DNA from: an uncultured Myxococcales bacterium
GTDB lineage: Bacteria; Myxococcota_A; Polyangia; Palsa-1104; JAEUJZ01
DNA length: 12,434 nt
Reading direction: 5' to 3'
Assembly (NCBI GenBank): GCA_937879845.1
Contig: CALFML010000712.1
Span: 1-12,434 of the forward strand
This document shows positions 1 to 9,414 of this stretch, piece after piece; within the stretch, counting starts at the first letter, position 1; the number at the start of each line of letters is the position of its first letter. A program made the translations under genes and the position numbers. The notes below the pieces were generated by a model. It was not told where the DNA came from and did no database searches. It saw nothing but the letters and a program-made list of their open reading frames with translations.

Positions 1-684
1 CGGGCGCAGATCGCCAACGCGGTGCGCGACGCCGAAAACGCCGAGAACCAGGCCACCCAGGAGATCCTGCAGGAGGAAGCGGCGGCGCGGCAGCTGGCCG
101 AGGTCGCGGCCAAAGAAGCGGAGATCGGCGTCGCCCAGCGCCGCAACCAGCTGCGCCAGCTGGTCGGTCAGCTGGAAGGCAACGCCCAGGCGATCGAGCG
201 CGAGGCGAGCGTCGCCGCCGAGCAGGCGCGCGCCGAGGCGGAGCAGGAGCTGCAGACCCTGCGCAAGGAGCTGGAGCAGCGCCGCCTGTACGCCGAGATC
301 GTCCTGCCCGCCGAAGCGCAGCAGCAAGCGGCGATGCTCCTGGCCGAAGGCGAAGCCGCCCTGCGGCGCGAGCAGGGCGCCGCCGCCGCCGAAGCGATGA
401 CCGTGCTGGCGCAGGCGCTGGTCACGGTCGGGCCGCAGGCGCGCGAGCTGTTCGTGCTGTCGCAGCTCGATCAGCTGGTCGGTCAGGTCGCGGCCAAGGT
501 GAGCGGCCTGTCGGTGCGCGAGATCCACGTCATCGATAGCGGCGACGGCCGCGCTCTGCCGTCGGTCGCCGCGAGCTATCCGGCCATCGTGACCCAGGTG
601 CTAGCGACGCTCAAAGACCTCACCGGGGTGGACATCTCCGCGATGCTCGCCCGGCCTGCTGAAGTGGATGGAGGTGCGCCATGA
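1..684 (+). CDS. Flotillin/SPFH (band 7) family protein, C-terminal part (5' end off-window)
   Basis: The frame-1 ORF is open from nt 1 (track start 22 is only the first Met) to TGA at 682-684. The translation is a coiled-coil Ala/Glu/Gln-rich flotillin region (EQARAEAEQELQTLRKELEQRR...). It is followed by the typical flotillin C-terminal tail (...VGQVAAKVSGLSVREIHVIDSGDG...). The stop overlaps the next start in an ATGA arrangement. Confidence 0.7.
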   Translation, partial: RAQIANAVRDAENAENQATQEILQEEAAARQLAEVAAKEAEIGVAQRRNQLRQLVGQLEGNAQAIEREASVAAEQARAEAEQELQTLRKELEQRRLYAEIVLPAEAQQQAAMLLAEGEAALRREQGAAAAEAMTVLAQALVTVGPQARELFVLSQLDQLVGQVAAKVSGLSVREIHVIDSGDGRALPSVAASYPAIVTQVLATLKDLTGVDISAMLARPAEVDGGAP

Positions 685-1988
685 GCGTGCTCGGTCTGAC
701 GATTCTGCTCGCCGCCTGCTGCGCCGCGGGCTTTTTCCTGCTCGTCACCATCGCCCGCAACACCGAGGTCTGCCCGCCGAGCGAGGTGCTCATCTTCTCC
801 GGCCGGCCGCGCAAGCTGCGCACCACCTCCGGCCCGCACGACCGCACCGAGGTCGGCTTCCGCATCGTCCGCGGCGGCCGCGCCGTGCGCATCCCGCTCA
901 TCGAGACGGTCAACCGCATGACCCTCACCAACATGGCTATAGAGCTGTCGGTGACCAACGCCTTTTCGCGCGGCGGCATCCCGCTGAAGATCCACGCCGT
1001 CGCCAACATCAAGATCCCCAGCGAAGAGCCGCTGCTCCACAACGCCATCGAGCGGTTCCTGGGCTACCCGCGTGAGGGCATCATGCGCGTCGCCAAGGAC
1101 ACCCTGGAAGGCAACCTGCGCGGCGTCATCGCCGAGCTTACGCCCGAGGAGATCAACCAGCAGAAGACGATCTTCCAGCAGAAGCTCATCGAAGAGGCGG
1201 ACAAGGATCTGCAGCGGCTGGGCCTGGTGCTCGACAACCTGCAGATTCAGAACATCAGCGACGATGTCGGCTACCTGAGCTCGGTAGGGCGGGTGCGCGG
1301 GGCGATGGCCAACCGCAACGCCAAGATCGCCGAGGTCAAGGCCATCGCCAGCGCCCTCGTGCAGAAGGCGCGCAACCAGATGCAGGCGGAGATCGCCAAG
1401 ATCGAAGCCGAGATGCAGGTGGCGCAGAAGGAAAACGAGCGCCGCATCGTCGAGGCCAAGACCAAGCGTGAGGCGGTCATCGCCGAGGTCCGCGGCCAGG
1501 TCAAGGCGCAGGTCTCGGAAGCTTCGGCGCAGGTCAAGTCGTGGGAGGCGCGCGGCGAGCAGATGCGGCGCAAGCTGGAGGCCGACGTGGTCGCTCCGGC
1601 GGCGGCCAGCAAGGCCCAGGCAGAGGCCAACGCCAAGGCGCAGGCGGCGACGGTGGCGGCGCAGGGCCGGGCGGGAGCGGCGGCGCTTACGAGCCTGGCC
1701 GAGGCCTACCAGTCGGGCGGCGAGTTCGCGCGCGAGTCGCTGCTCTTGCAGAAGCTGTTGCCGGTGTTTGAGCAGCTCACGAGCACCATGAAGGCCCTGC
1801 GCATCGACCGGCTGACCGTGCTCGGGCAGTCGGCGGGCGGCGGCGCGGGCGCGGCTTTCGGTCCGGCGGTGGTCGCCACCAATGAGCAGGTGCGGGCGGC
1901 GACCGGCGTGGATCTTTTGTCTTCGCTGCAGCGGCGCATCGCAGTCGCACCACCGGGCGAAAAAGGCGGCGCACCGGGTTCCAAGTAG
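681..1988 (+). CDS. Flotillin-like SPFH/band-7 domain membrane protein (435 aa)
   Basis: ATG at 681 overlaps the upstream stop (ATGA). There is an N-terminal TM helix (LGLTILLAACCAAGFFLLVTIA). An SPFH domain follows (EVLIFSGRP...GFRIVRGGRAVRIPLIETVNRMTLTNMAIELSVTNAFSRGGIPLKIHAVANIKI). After that comes a long EA-rich coiled-coil flotillin region. Stop TAG is at 1986-1988. Confidence 0.8.
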   Translation: MSVLGLTILLAACCAAGFFLLVTIARNTEVCPPSEVLIFSGRPRKLRTTSGPHDRTEVGFRIVRGGRAVRIPLIETVNRMTLTNMAIELSVTNAFSRGGIPLKIHAVANIKIPSEEPLLHNAIERFLGYPREGIMRVAKDTLEGNLRGVIAELTPEEINQQKTIFQQKLIEEADKDLQRLGLVLDNLQIQNISDDVGYLSSVGRVRGAMANRNAKIAEVKAIASALVQKARNQMQAEIAKIEAEMQVAQKENERRIVEAKTKREAVIAEVRGQVKAQVSEASAQVKSWEARGEQMRRKLEADVVAPAAASKAQAEANAKAQAATVAAQGRAGAAALTSLAEAYQSGGEFARESLLLQKLLPVFEQLTSTMKALRIDRLTVLGQSAGGGAGAAFGPAVVATNEQVRAATGVDLLSSLQRRIAVAPPGEKGGAPGSK

Positions 1989-2179
1989 GGTCGCGGCGGC
2001 GTCTGGGGCGTTCAGGTCGCAGTCAAAAAAGAGACTCATGGACGCACGTCAAAGCCGACTTATGCTGGCTGCGCCGCGGGGCCCGTCACCTGCGGCACCC
2101 CGTCGCTGGCGCGTCGGGGGCCCCGCCTCCGGCGCCACCCGCTGAAGGGTAAAATGGCGGGACCGCTTGGGCCGGCTGC

Positions 2180-3256
2180 TCAGAGAGCGGGGCGCGCGGC
2201 TTCGCTCAGGAAGTAGCGCTCCATCTCTTCCGCGGCGGGCTTGTGGCGCGGGGTGTAGCCGCGTGAGGCGCGGCCGCCCCAGCCGTAATAGTTCCAGAAA
2301 TAGACGCCGCGCAGCAGCGGCGAGCCGGCCCACGTCGTGGCAAACGCCTGGTAGCAGCGGCGCTGTTCTTCCAGATCCACCGGACCCTGCGCCCCCTCTT
2401 CCCACGGCCAGGCCGCCGCGCCGCGCTGGCTCAGGTAGCCGACCTCGGTGAGCAAAAGGGGGCGGCCAAGACCGGTGGCGAACGCCTCCAGCTCGCGGCG
2501 CTTGCTCTGCCAGGCGGCGGTCAGCTGCGCCACCGGCACCGGGATCGGATCGGTGCGGCTCGCCAGGGGGAAGTAGGCGCACATGCCCGGCAGATCGCAC
2601 AGGTCGTAGATGCCCACCTGCGCGTAGTGATCCCAGTTGCCGGAGTAGGTGAGCAGCCCGCGATACACCTTGCGAATGCCGGCGACCAGCCGCTGCCAGT
2701 GCGGCCGCTCCGCCAGCCGGTCGAGCGTCGATAGCTCGCTGCCGATGCACAGCAGCGCCAAGCGCTCGCGGCCGGCCAGCTCCGCCAGGTGCAAGAGCAG
2801 GCGTTCGTAGCTCTGCCACCAGGCCGCCGGGTCTTGCGGCTTCAGGGTGCCGCGCCACTCGCTGTCGTTGCGGGGGCTAGACAGCCGCAAGATCGGAAAC
2901 AGCATCACCGAAAGACCCAGCGCCTGCGCCGCCCGCACGGTGTGCAGAAGCGTCGAGTCAGGCGCCGAGAACCGCGGGTGGGCCGAGATCACGGTGCTGC
3001 CGGCGTGTTCCTGGTAGTACGCCAGGGTGAGCGCGACGTGGCTCGCTCCCAGGTCTTTGATCTCGCGCAGCAGGCCGGCGTAGGACCACTGCGGGTCTTC
3101 GTGAAAAAGACCCAGCGATACCCCGCGCTGCAGCGGCGGCAGCGGCGCCTTCGTCTCCGGCTGGGCGGCACTGTTTTTTTCCCCGAGCAGCACCGCTGCC
3201 GATGGACCCAGCGTCGTGCCGAGCAGCGCCCCCAGCGTCCGCCGCCGGCCGAGCAT
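2180..3256 (-). CDS. Secreted clan GH-A-like (beta/alpha)8 glycoside hydrolase, family unassigned (GH5/GH113-like)
   Basis: 358-aa ORF. N-terminal signal, possibly Tat-like (MLGRRRTLGALLGTTLGPSAAVLLG). GH-A style start (RGVSLGLF...YAGLLREIKDLGASHVAL). Candidate acid/base Glu is at residue 174 (LLCIGSELS). Candidate nucleophile is in LLLTEVGY (Glu at residue 271), about 97 aa apart, which is a typical GH-A spacing. Aromatic-rich C-terminus (YFWNYYGWGG). The family assignment rests on motif recall only. Confidence 0.55.
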   Translation of the reverse strand: MLGRRRTLGALLGTTLGPSAAVLLGEKNSAAQPETKAPLPPLQRGVSLGLFHEDPQWSYAGLLREIKDLGASHVALTLAYYQEHAGSTVISAHPRFSAPDSTLLHTVRAAQALGLSVMLFPILRLSSPRNDSEWRGTLKPQDPAAWWQSYERLLLHLAELAGRERLALLCIGSELSTLDRLAERPHWQRLVAGIRKVYRGLLTYSGNWDHYAQVGIYDLCDLPGMCAYFPLASRTDPIPVPVAQLTAAWQSKRRELEAFATGLGRPLLLTEVGYLSQRGAAAWPWEEGAQGPVDLEEQRRCYQAFATTWAGSPLLRGVYFWNYYGWGGRASRGYTPRHKPAAEEMERYFLSEAARPAL

Positions 3257-3259
3257 CGC

Positions 3260-4165
3260 CTAACGTCCCAGCTTGATGAGCACGACCAGCCCCGACCGGC
3301 CCAAGTACATCGTATGCGCGAGGACGTACGGCACGAGGAACCACTCGATCTGCCCGAGCAGCGCCGGGATGTAGAACCAGGCCGGGTAGTGCAAAACGAG
3401 CTTCCCGGTCTCCTCGAGGAGCGTGATCGGCAGGCGAATGAGTCGGCGCAGGAGCGACGGCGGCGCCGCCGGCTTGGGCTCTTCGAAGCGGGTGAAGCCC
3501 ACGACCCGCACCGCCTTTTGCCCGGTCGTCGCTTCGAAGTACTCGGGGCGGCGCATGAACGTGGTCAGCGACATGCCGCTCGCCGCCGCGGTGACGCCAA
3601 ACAGGCCGAAGCCGAGCCAGAACAGCGAGCCATCCACGCCGGCAAACAGCGACCCGGCGGCAACGGCCGGCGCGCTCTGCAGCGCCAGGCGTCCGGCGAT
3701 CGCGGCGATCAGCGTCACCGCCTTGATCTCATCGACCAGGAAATCCAGATACGAGCCGACGACGCTGGTCTTGCCCGTGATGCGCGCCAGCTGCCCGTCC
3801 ACGCAGTCGAGCACGAACGCCAGGTAAACCAGCGCCGCCGACACGCCCAGACCCACGCGATCGCGGCAGAACAGCAGCGTCGCCGCGGACAGAAGCGAGG
3901 TGAAAAGCGACAAGAAGGTGATCTGGTTCGGCGTAACCCGCGTCGATCGCAGCAGGTACACGAGCACCGCCGCCGGCGGGCGGCACACCCAGTTGTTGAA
4001 GCGCAGGTCCTTGGGCTTGAGGCTGCGGCGGTAGATCTCCGGGATGGACAGCGGGCCTACGGGCGGGGGACTGGCGGCGGGTGCAGCGGCGTCCGCATCC
4101 GGCGGGGACGCGGCAGCGGCAGCAGAAGACCCGCCGGGCGGCGGCGCGGTGCCGGCAGCGGCCAT
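3260..4165 (-). CDS. CDP-alcohol phosphatidyltransferase family membrane protein
   Basis: 301 aa. Canonical CDP-OH-P-transferase motif D-G-x2-A-R-x8-G-x3-D-x3-D is present as DCVDGQLARITGKTSVVGSYLDFLVDEIKA. Multiple TM segments. Ala/Pro-rich low-complexity N-terminus (~45 aa). ATG at 4165-4163 immediately follows the gyrA stop (TAAATG on the coding strand). Its stop at 3260 is 3 nt from the GH gene start. Confidence 0.8.
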   Translation of the reverse strand: MAAAGTAPPPGGSSAAAAASPPDADAAAPAASPPPVGPLSIPEIYRRSLKPKDLRFNNWVCRPPAAVLVYLLRSTRVTPNQITFLSLFTSLLSAATLLFCRDRVGLGVSAALVYLAFVLDCVDGQLARITGKTSVVGSYLDFLVDEIKAVTLIAAIAGRLALQSAPAVAAGSLFAGVDGSLFWLGFGLFGVTAAASGMSLTTFMRRPEYFEATTGQKAVRVVGFTRFEEPKPAAPPSLLRRLIRLPITLLEETGKLVLHYPAWFYIPALLGQIEWFLVPYVLAHTMYLGRSGLVVLIKLGR

Positions 4166-6868
<2,703 letters not shown>

Positions 6869-6991
6869 AGAGTGCGCGTTCATATCGCACTTTGCCGCCC
6901 TCAGCAAGTTCCGCGGCTCGGGTTCAGCCTCGCCGGAGCGGACCGCCAGCGCATGCGGCGCGGCGACCGGCTGCCGTGGTATGGATTTGCT

Positions 6992-7666
6992 ATGACGAAG
7001 AAGTGGATTGTTTTGGGCGCCGGACTTTTACTGCTCGTCCTTGCGGGCGCCGCCGCGTCCTACATCGGGCCGCGCAACATCATCGGCATCCTGCGCTACG
7101 ACACGCGCCGCGAGGGAGAGCTCAAGCTCGGCGACGCCGCCCCCGATGTCGAGCTCGTGGCGCTTGGCGATGACACCGGCGCCGGAGCCAGTCGCATCAG
7201 GCTGCGCGAAAAGCTGCACGGGCGGCCCCTTGTGCTGATCTTCGGCAGCTTCACCTGACCCCCGTTTCGGCGCTCGGTCGAGCGCCTCCAACAGCTTTAC
7301 CGAAGCTATAAGGGCCAGGTCGATTTTTTGACCATCTACATTCGCGAGGCGCACCCGACCGACGAATGGCAGATGACCGCCAACGAGCGCGACAGCGTCT
7401 GCTACCGCCAGCCGCACAGCACCGCCGCGCGGGCGGCGATCGCGCGCGACTTCCGCGCCCGCTTCCACTACGAGCTGCCGCTAGTCGTCGACGCGATCGA
7501 AAACCCCGCCGACAAGCTCTACGCCGGCTGGCCGGAGCGCTTCTACATCCTTTCTGCAGAAGGCTCCATCGTCTATAAAGGCCAGCTCGGCCCCTTCGGC
7601 TTCCACCCCGAAGAAGTGGAAGCCTGGCTCAAAGCACACGCTCCCGCTGCGGCGCCGCCAAAATAA
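6992..7666 (+). CDS. Iodothyronine-deiodinase-like thioredoxin-fold selenoprotein (224 aa). In-frame UGA at 7256-7258 is read as selenocysteine.
   Basis: ATG at 6992 ([26 protein letters not shown], a TM helix). The frame is open to TGA at 7256-7258. It continues in the same frame through 7259-7327 with no stop, into track ORF 7328..7666 (7328-5972=1356, divisible by 3). The joined translation is ...[51 protein letters not shown]...[48 protein letters not shown] matches the deiodinase active site (FGSCTUPPF / FGSATUPPF). [12 protein letters not shown] matches the deiodinase YIEEAH.SDGW block. PERFYIL..G.IVYKG..GP....EEV matches the deiodinase C-terminal block. Stop TAA at 7664-7666. Confidence 0.8.
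7269..7286 (+). promoter_or_regulatory. Putative bacterial SECIS hairpin directing Sec insertion at UGA 7256-7258
   Basis: Perfect inverted repeat GGCGCUC / GAGCGCC (7269-7275 / 7280-7286) around a GGUC tetraloop (7276-7279). The hairpin starts 11 nt after the UGA. From memory, the minimal E. coli fdhF SECIS is a 17-nt upper stem-loop placed 11 nt downstream of the UGA, with apical loop GGUC whose G and U contact SelB. Confidence 0.6.
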
Positions 7667-7741
7667 AACCAGCCAACGCCAATCTTGTGGGCCGGCCGCT
7701 TCGCCGCTCCTTGCTGATTCGCAAGTTGCGCTTTGCCGCGG

Positions 7742-7780
7742 CGTAAAACAAAAAGGCCGGCTAGTTTCCTAGCCAGCCTT
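7742..7780 (-). terminator. Rho-independent terminator downstream of tRNA-Gly
   Basis: Hairpin aaggccggctag (7753-7764) / ctagccagcctt (7769-7780) with loop tttc and one mismatch/wobble. On the minus-strand transcript it is followed by UUUUUGUUUUA, the complement of plus 7742-7752. On the plus strand only a weak UUUC tail follows, so it is mainly a minus-strand terminator and possibly a weak bidirectional one. Confidence 0.55.
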
Positions 7781-7791
7781 TCAAAATCGAG

Positions 7792-7863
7792 AGCGGGAGA
7801 AGGGACTTGAACCCTCGACGTCCACCTTGGCAAGGTGGCACTCTACCACTGAGTTACTCCCGC
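7792..7863 (-). tRNA. tRNA-Gly (anticodon GCC), 72 nt, no encoded CCA
   Basis: Reverse complement is GCGGGAG-TA-ACTC-AGTGGTA-GAGT-G-CCACC-TTGCCAA-GGTGG-ACGTC-GAGGG-TTCAAGT-CCCTT-CTCCCGC-T. It forms a 7-bp acceptor stem, D arm, a 5-bp anticodon stem with loop uuGCCaa, a 5-nt variable loop, and a T arm with a TTCAAGT loop. It closely resembles E. coli tRNA-Gly(GCC). Confidence 0.9.
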
Positions 7864-7876
7864 GCGATGCCCTGGC

Positions 7877-7914
7877 AGTCTATCTAAGCTGCCTTGCGGG
7901 TCAAGGTTTTTTTT
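7877..7914 (-). promoter_or_regulatory. Candidate sigma70-type promoter for tRNA-Gly (-35 TTGACC, -10 TAGACT, upstream A8 tract)
   Basis: On the minus strand: AAAAAAAA-CC-TTGACC (complement of 7899-7904), a 16-nt spacer, then TAGACT (complement of 7877-7882). This lies about 13 nt upstream of the tRNA 5' end at 7863. An A-tract at 7907-7914 could act as an UP element. Prediction by eye only. Confidence 0.35.
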
Positions 7915-8001
7915 AGGGAACCGCTTGGTTAGCGCAGGACGGGGGCATTTTGGCGCGGGCCGCCAGCGCAAGGCAGGGGCCAGGCGGGGCGAAGTTACCG
8001 T

Positions 8002-9387
8002 ATGATGCGGGGTATGTTGACGCAGAGCGAGTCTCCGGGGCCCGGAGCGGAGTTTCAGACCAGCGCGGATCTTTTATCGTTCATCGAGGCTTCGCCGACC
8101 CCGTTTCATGCCGCGGCGAGCGCGGCGCAGCGGCTTATTGCCAGCGGGTTTGTCGAGCTGCGGCCCGACAGCTCCTTTTCGCAGCTGCAGCCGGGGCGGT
8201 ACTTCGTTCCGGTGGGGGATGCGACGATCGTCGCGTTCGTGCTGCCGCAGCTGGCGGCGGGGAAGCTGCGCGGCTTCCGCATCGTCGGGGCGCACACCGA
8301 CAGTCCGAACCTGCGGCTCAAGCCGCGCGCCCCGTATGAGAAGGCCGGCTATCTGCAGCTCGGGGTCGAGGTCTACGGCGGCGTGCTCCTAAACTCCTGG
8401 CTCGATCGCGATCTGCTCCTGGCCGGCCGCGTCGTGTACCGCGACAGCGAGGGGCGGCTGCGGCGCGGCCTTGTGCGGCTTGGGCAGCCGGTGGTGCGGG
8501 TGCCGCAGCTGGCGATTCATCTTGAGCGCGAAGTAAATGAAAAGGGACTTGTACTAAACCGCCAAGAACACCTGGCGCCGATCATGGGTCTTGCGGGGAG
8601 CCTGCCCGGTGGGGCGGGCGGACGGCACGGCGGACGCGATCTGGCGCTGCTCCATGGGCTGTGCGCGCAGGCGCTCGGCATCGATGAGGCGGCCGTCGTC
8701 ACCACGGAGCTCATGCTGCATGACGCGCAGCCGCCGGCGCGGGCGGGGCTTGGGCAGGAGCTTATTCTGGCGCCGCGCCTTGACAACCTGGCGATGTCGC
8801 ACGCGGCGGTGCTGGCCCTCGGGCGGGCCGCCGCGCCGACCGACCCCGACAGCGGGCTGGTTCCGCTCGTCGCGCTGTTTGACCACGAAGAGGTCGGCAG
8901 CAACAGCGCGTACGGGGCGCAGGCGCCGATCCTGCCGACCATCCTGGAGCGGCTGGTGCTGGCGACCGGTGGCGACCGCGAGCGCTACCACCAGGTGATC
9001 GCCGGCTCGCTGTGCGTCTCGGCGGACATGGCGCATGCGGCGCACCCCAACTACCTCGATCGTCACGAGGCGCACCACCGCCCGGTGCTCAACGGCGGGC
9101 CGGTGATCAAGAGCAACGCCCAGCAGCGCTACGCCACCTGTGCCCGCACCGCCGCCCTGTTCCAGGAGCTCTGCCGGCGCGTCGAGGTGCCGGTGCAGCA
9201 CTACGCGCACCGCACCGACCTGCCGTGCGGCAGCACCATCGGGCCGATCACGGCGACCCTGCTCGGCATCCCCACCGTCGACGTCGGCAATCCGATGCTC
9301 AGCATGCACTCGGCGCGCGAGCTGGCCGGCGCGGCTGACCCGGAAAACATGTCGCGCCTGCTCGCCCACTTTTTGCTTTCGCGCTAG
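8002..9387 (+). CDS. apeB: M18 family aspartyl aminopeptidase (aminopeptidase 2-like)
   Basis: 461 aa. The block IVGAHTDSPNLRLKPRAPYEKAGYLQLGVEVYGGVLLNSWLDRDLLLAGRVVY matches the M18/DNPEP signature (GAHTDSPCLRVK...VGVETYGG...WFDRDL.LAGRV). C-terminal ...PMLSMHSARE is typical of M18. Alternative start ATG at 8014 (MLTQ...). Stop TAG at 9385-9387. Confidence 0.85.
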   Translation: MMRGMLTQSESPGPGAEFQTSADLLSFIEASPTPFHAAASAAQRLIASGFVELRPDSSFSQLQPGRYFVPVGDATIVAFVLPQLAAGKLRGFRIVGAHTDSPNLRLKPRAPYEKAGYLQLGVEVYGGVLLNSWLDRDLLLAGRVVYRDSEGRLRRGLVRLGQPVVRVPQLAIHLEREVNEKGLVLNRQEHLAPIMGLAGSLPGGAGGRHGGRDLALLHGLCAQALGIDEAAVVTTELMLHDAQPPARAGLGQELILAPRLDNLAMSHAAVLALGRAAAPTDPDSGLVPLVALFDHEEVGSNSAYGAQAPILPTILERLVLATGGDRERYHQVIAGSLCVSADMAHAAHPNYLDRHEAHHRPVLNGGPVIKSNAQQRYATCARTAALFQELCRRVEVPVQHYAHRTDLPCGSTIGPITATLLGIPTVDVGNPMLSMHSARELAGAADPENMSRLLAHFLLSR

Positions 9388-9414
9388 CGTGGCAACACGT
9401 CGCGTCTGCTCGAA

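Noticed and set aside
576-2039. 487-aa minus-strand ORF opposite the flotillin genes, plus 2049..2858 (-) and other Arg/Pro-rich ORFs (1468..1791, 4081..4359, 4444..4854 and similar)
   Set aside because: These are antisense or out-of-frame overlaps of strongly supported genes. Their translations are Arg/Ala/Pro-rich low-complexity with no domain signatures, the usual high-GC ORF artefacts.
1989-2179. Convergent intergenic region between the flotillin gene and the glycoside hydrolase, inspected for terminators or a small RNA
   Set aside because: Only imperfect GC-rich inverted repeats are present (ggggcccg...cgggggcccc with a long loop). An A6/T6 run at 2026-2031 is not flanked by a convincing stem. 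There is no clean intrinsic terminator or conserved-looking structure to call.
7328-7666. 112-aa ORF as a stand-alone small gene starting at [10 protein letters not shown]
   Set aside because: It would lack the N-terminal half of the thioredoxin fold and the active site. The upstream in-frame sequence completes the deiodinase motif across the TGA, so this is the C-terminal part of the selenoprotein.
7892-7914. Hairpin plus T8 as a plus-strand intrinsic terminator
   Set aside because: No plus-strand gene ends immediately upstream of it, because the antisense tRNA and its terminator intervene. The element is explained at least as well as the -35/UP region of the minus-strand tRNA promoter. It is kept as an ambiguous note, not called as a terminator.
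9388-9414. 27-bp gap between the convergent M18 aminopeptidase and GH57 genes
   Set aside because: It is too short and has no stem-loop, so no terminator can be supported. The genes simply converge.
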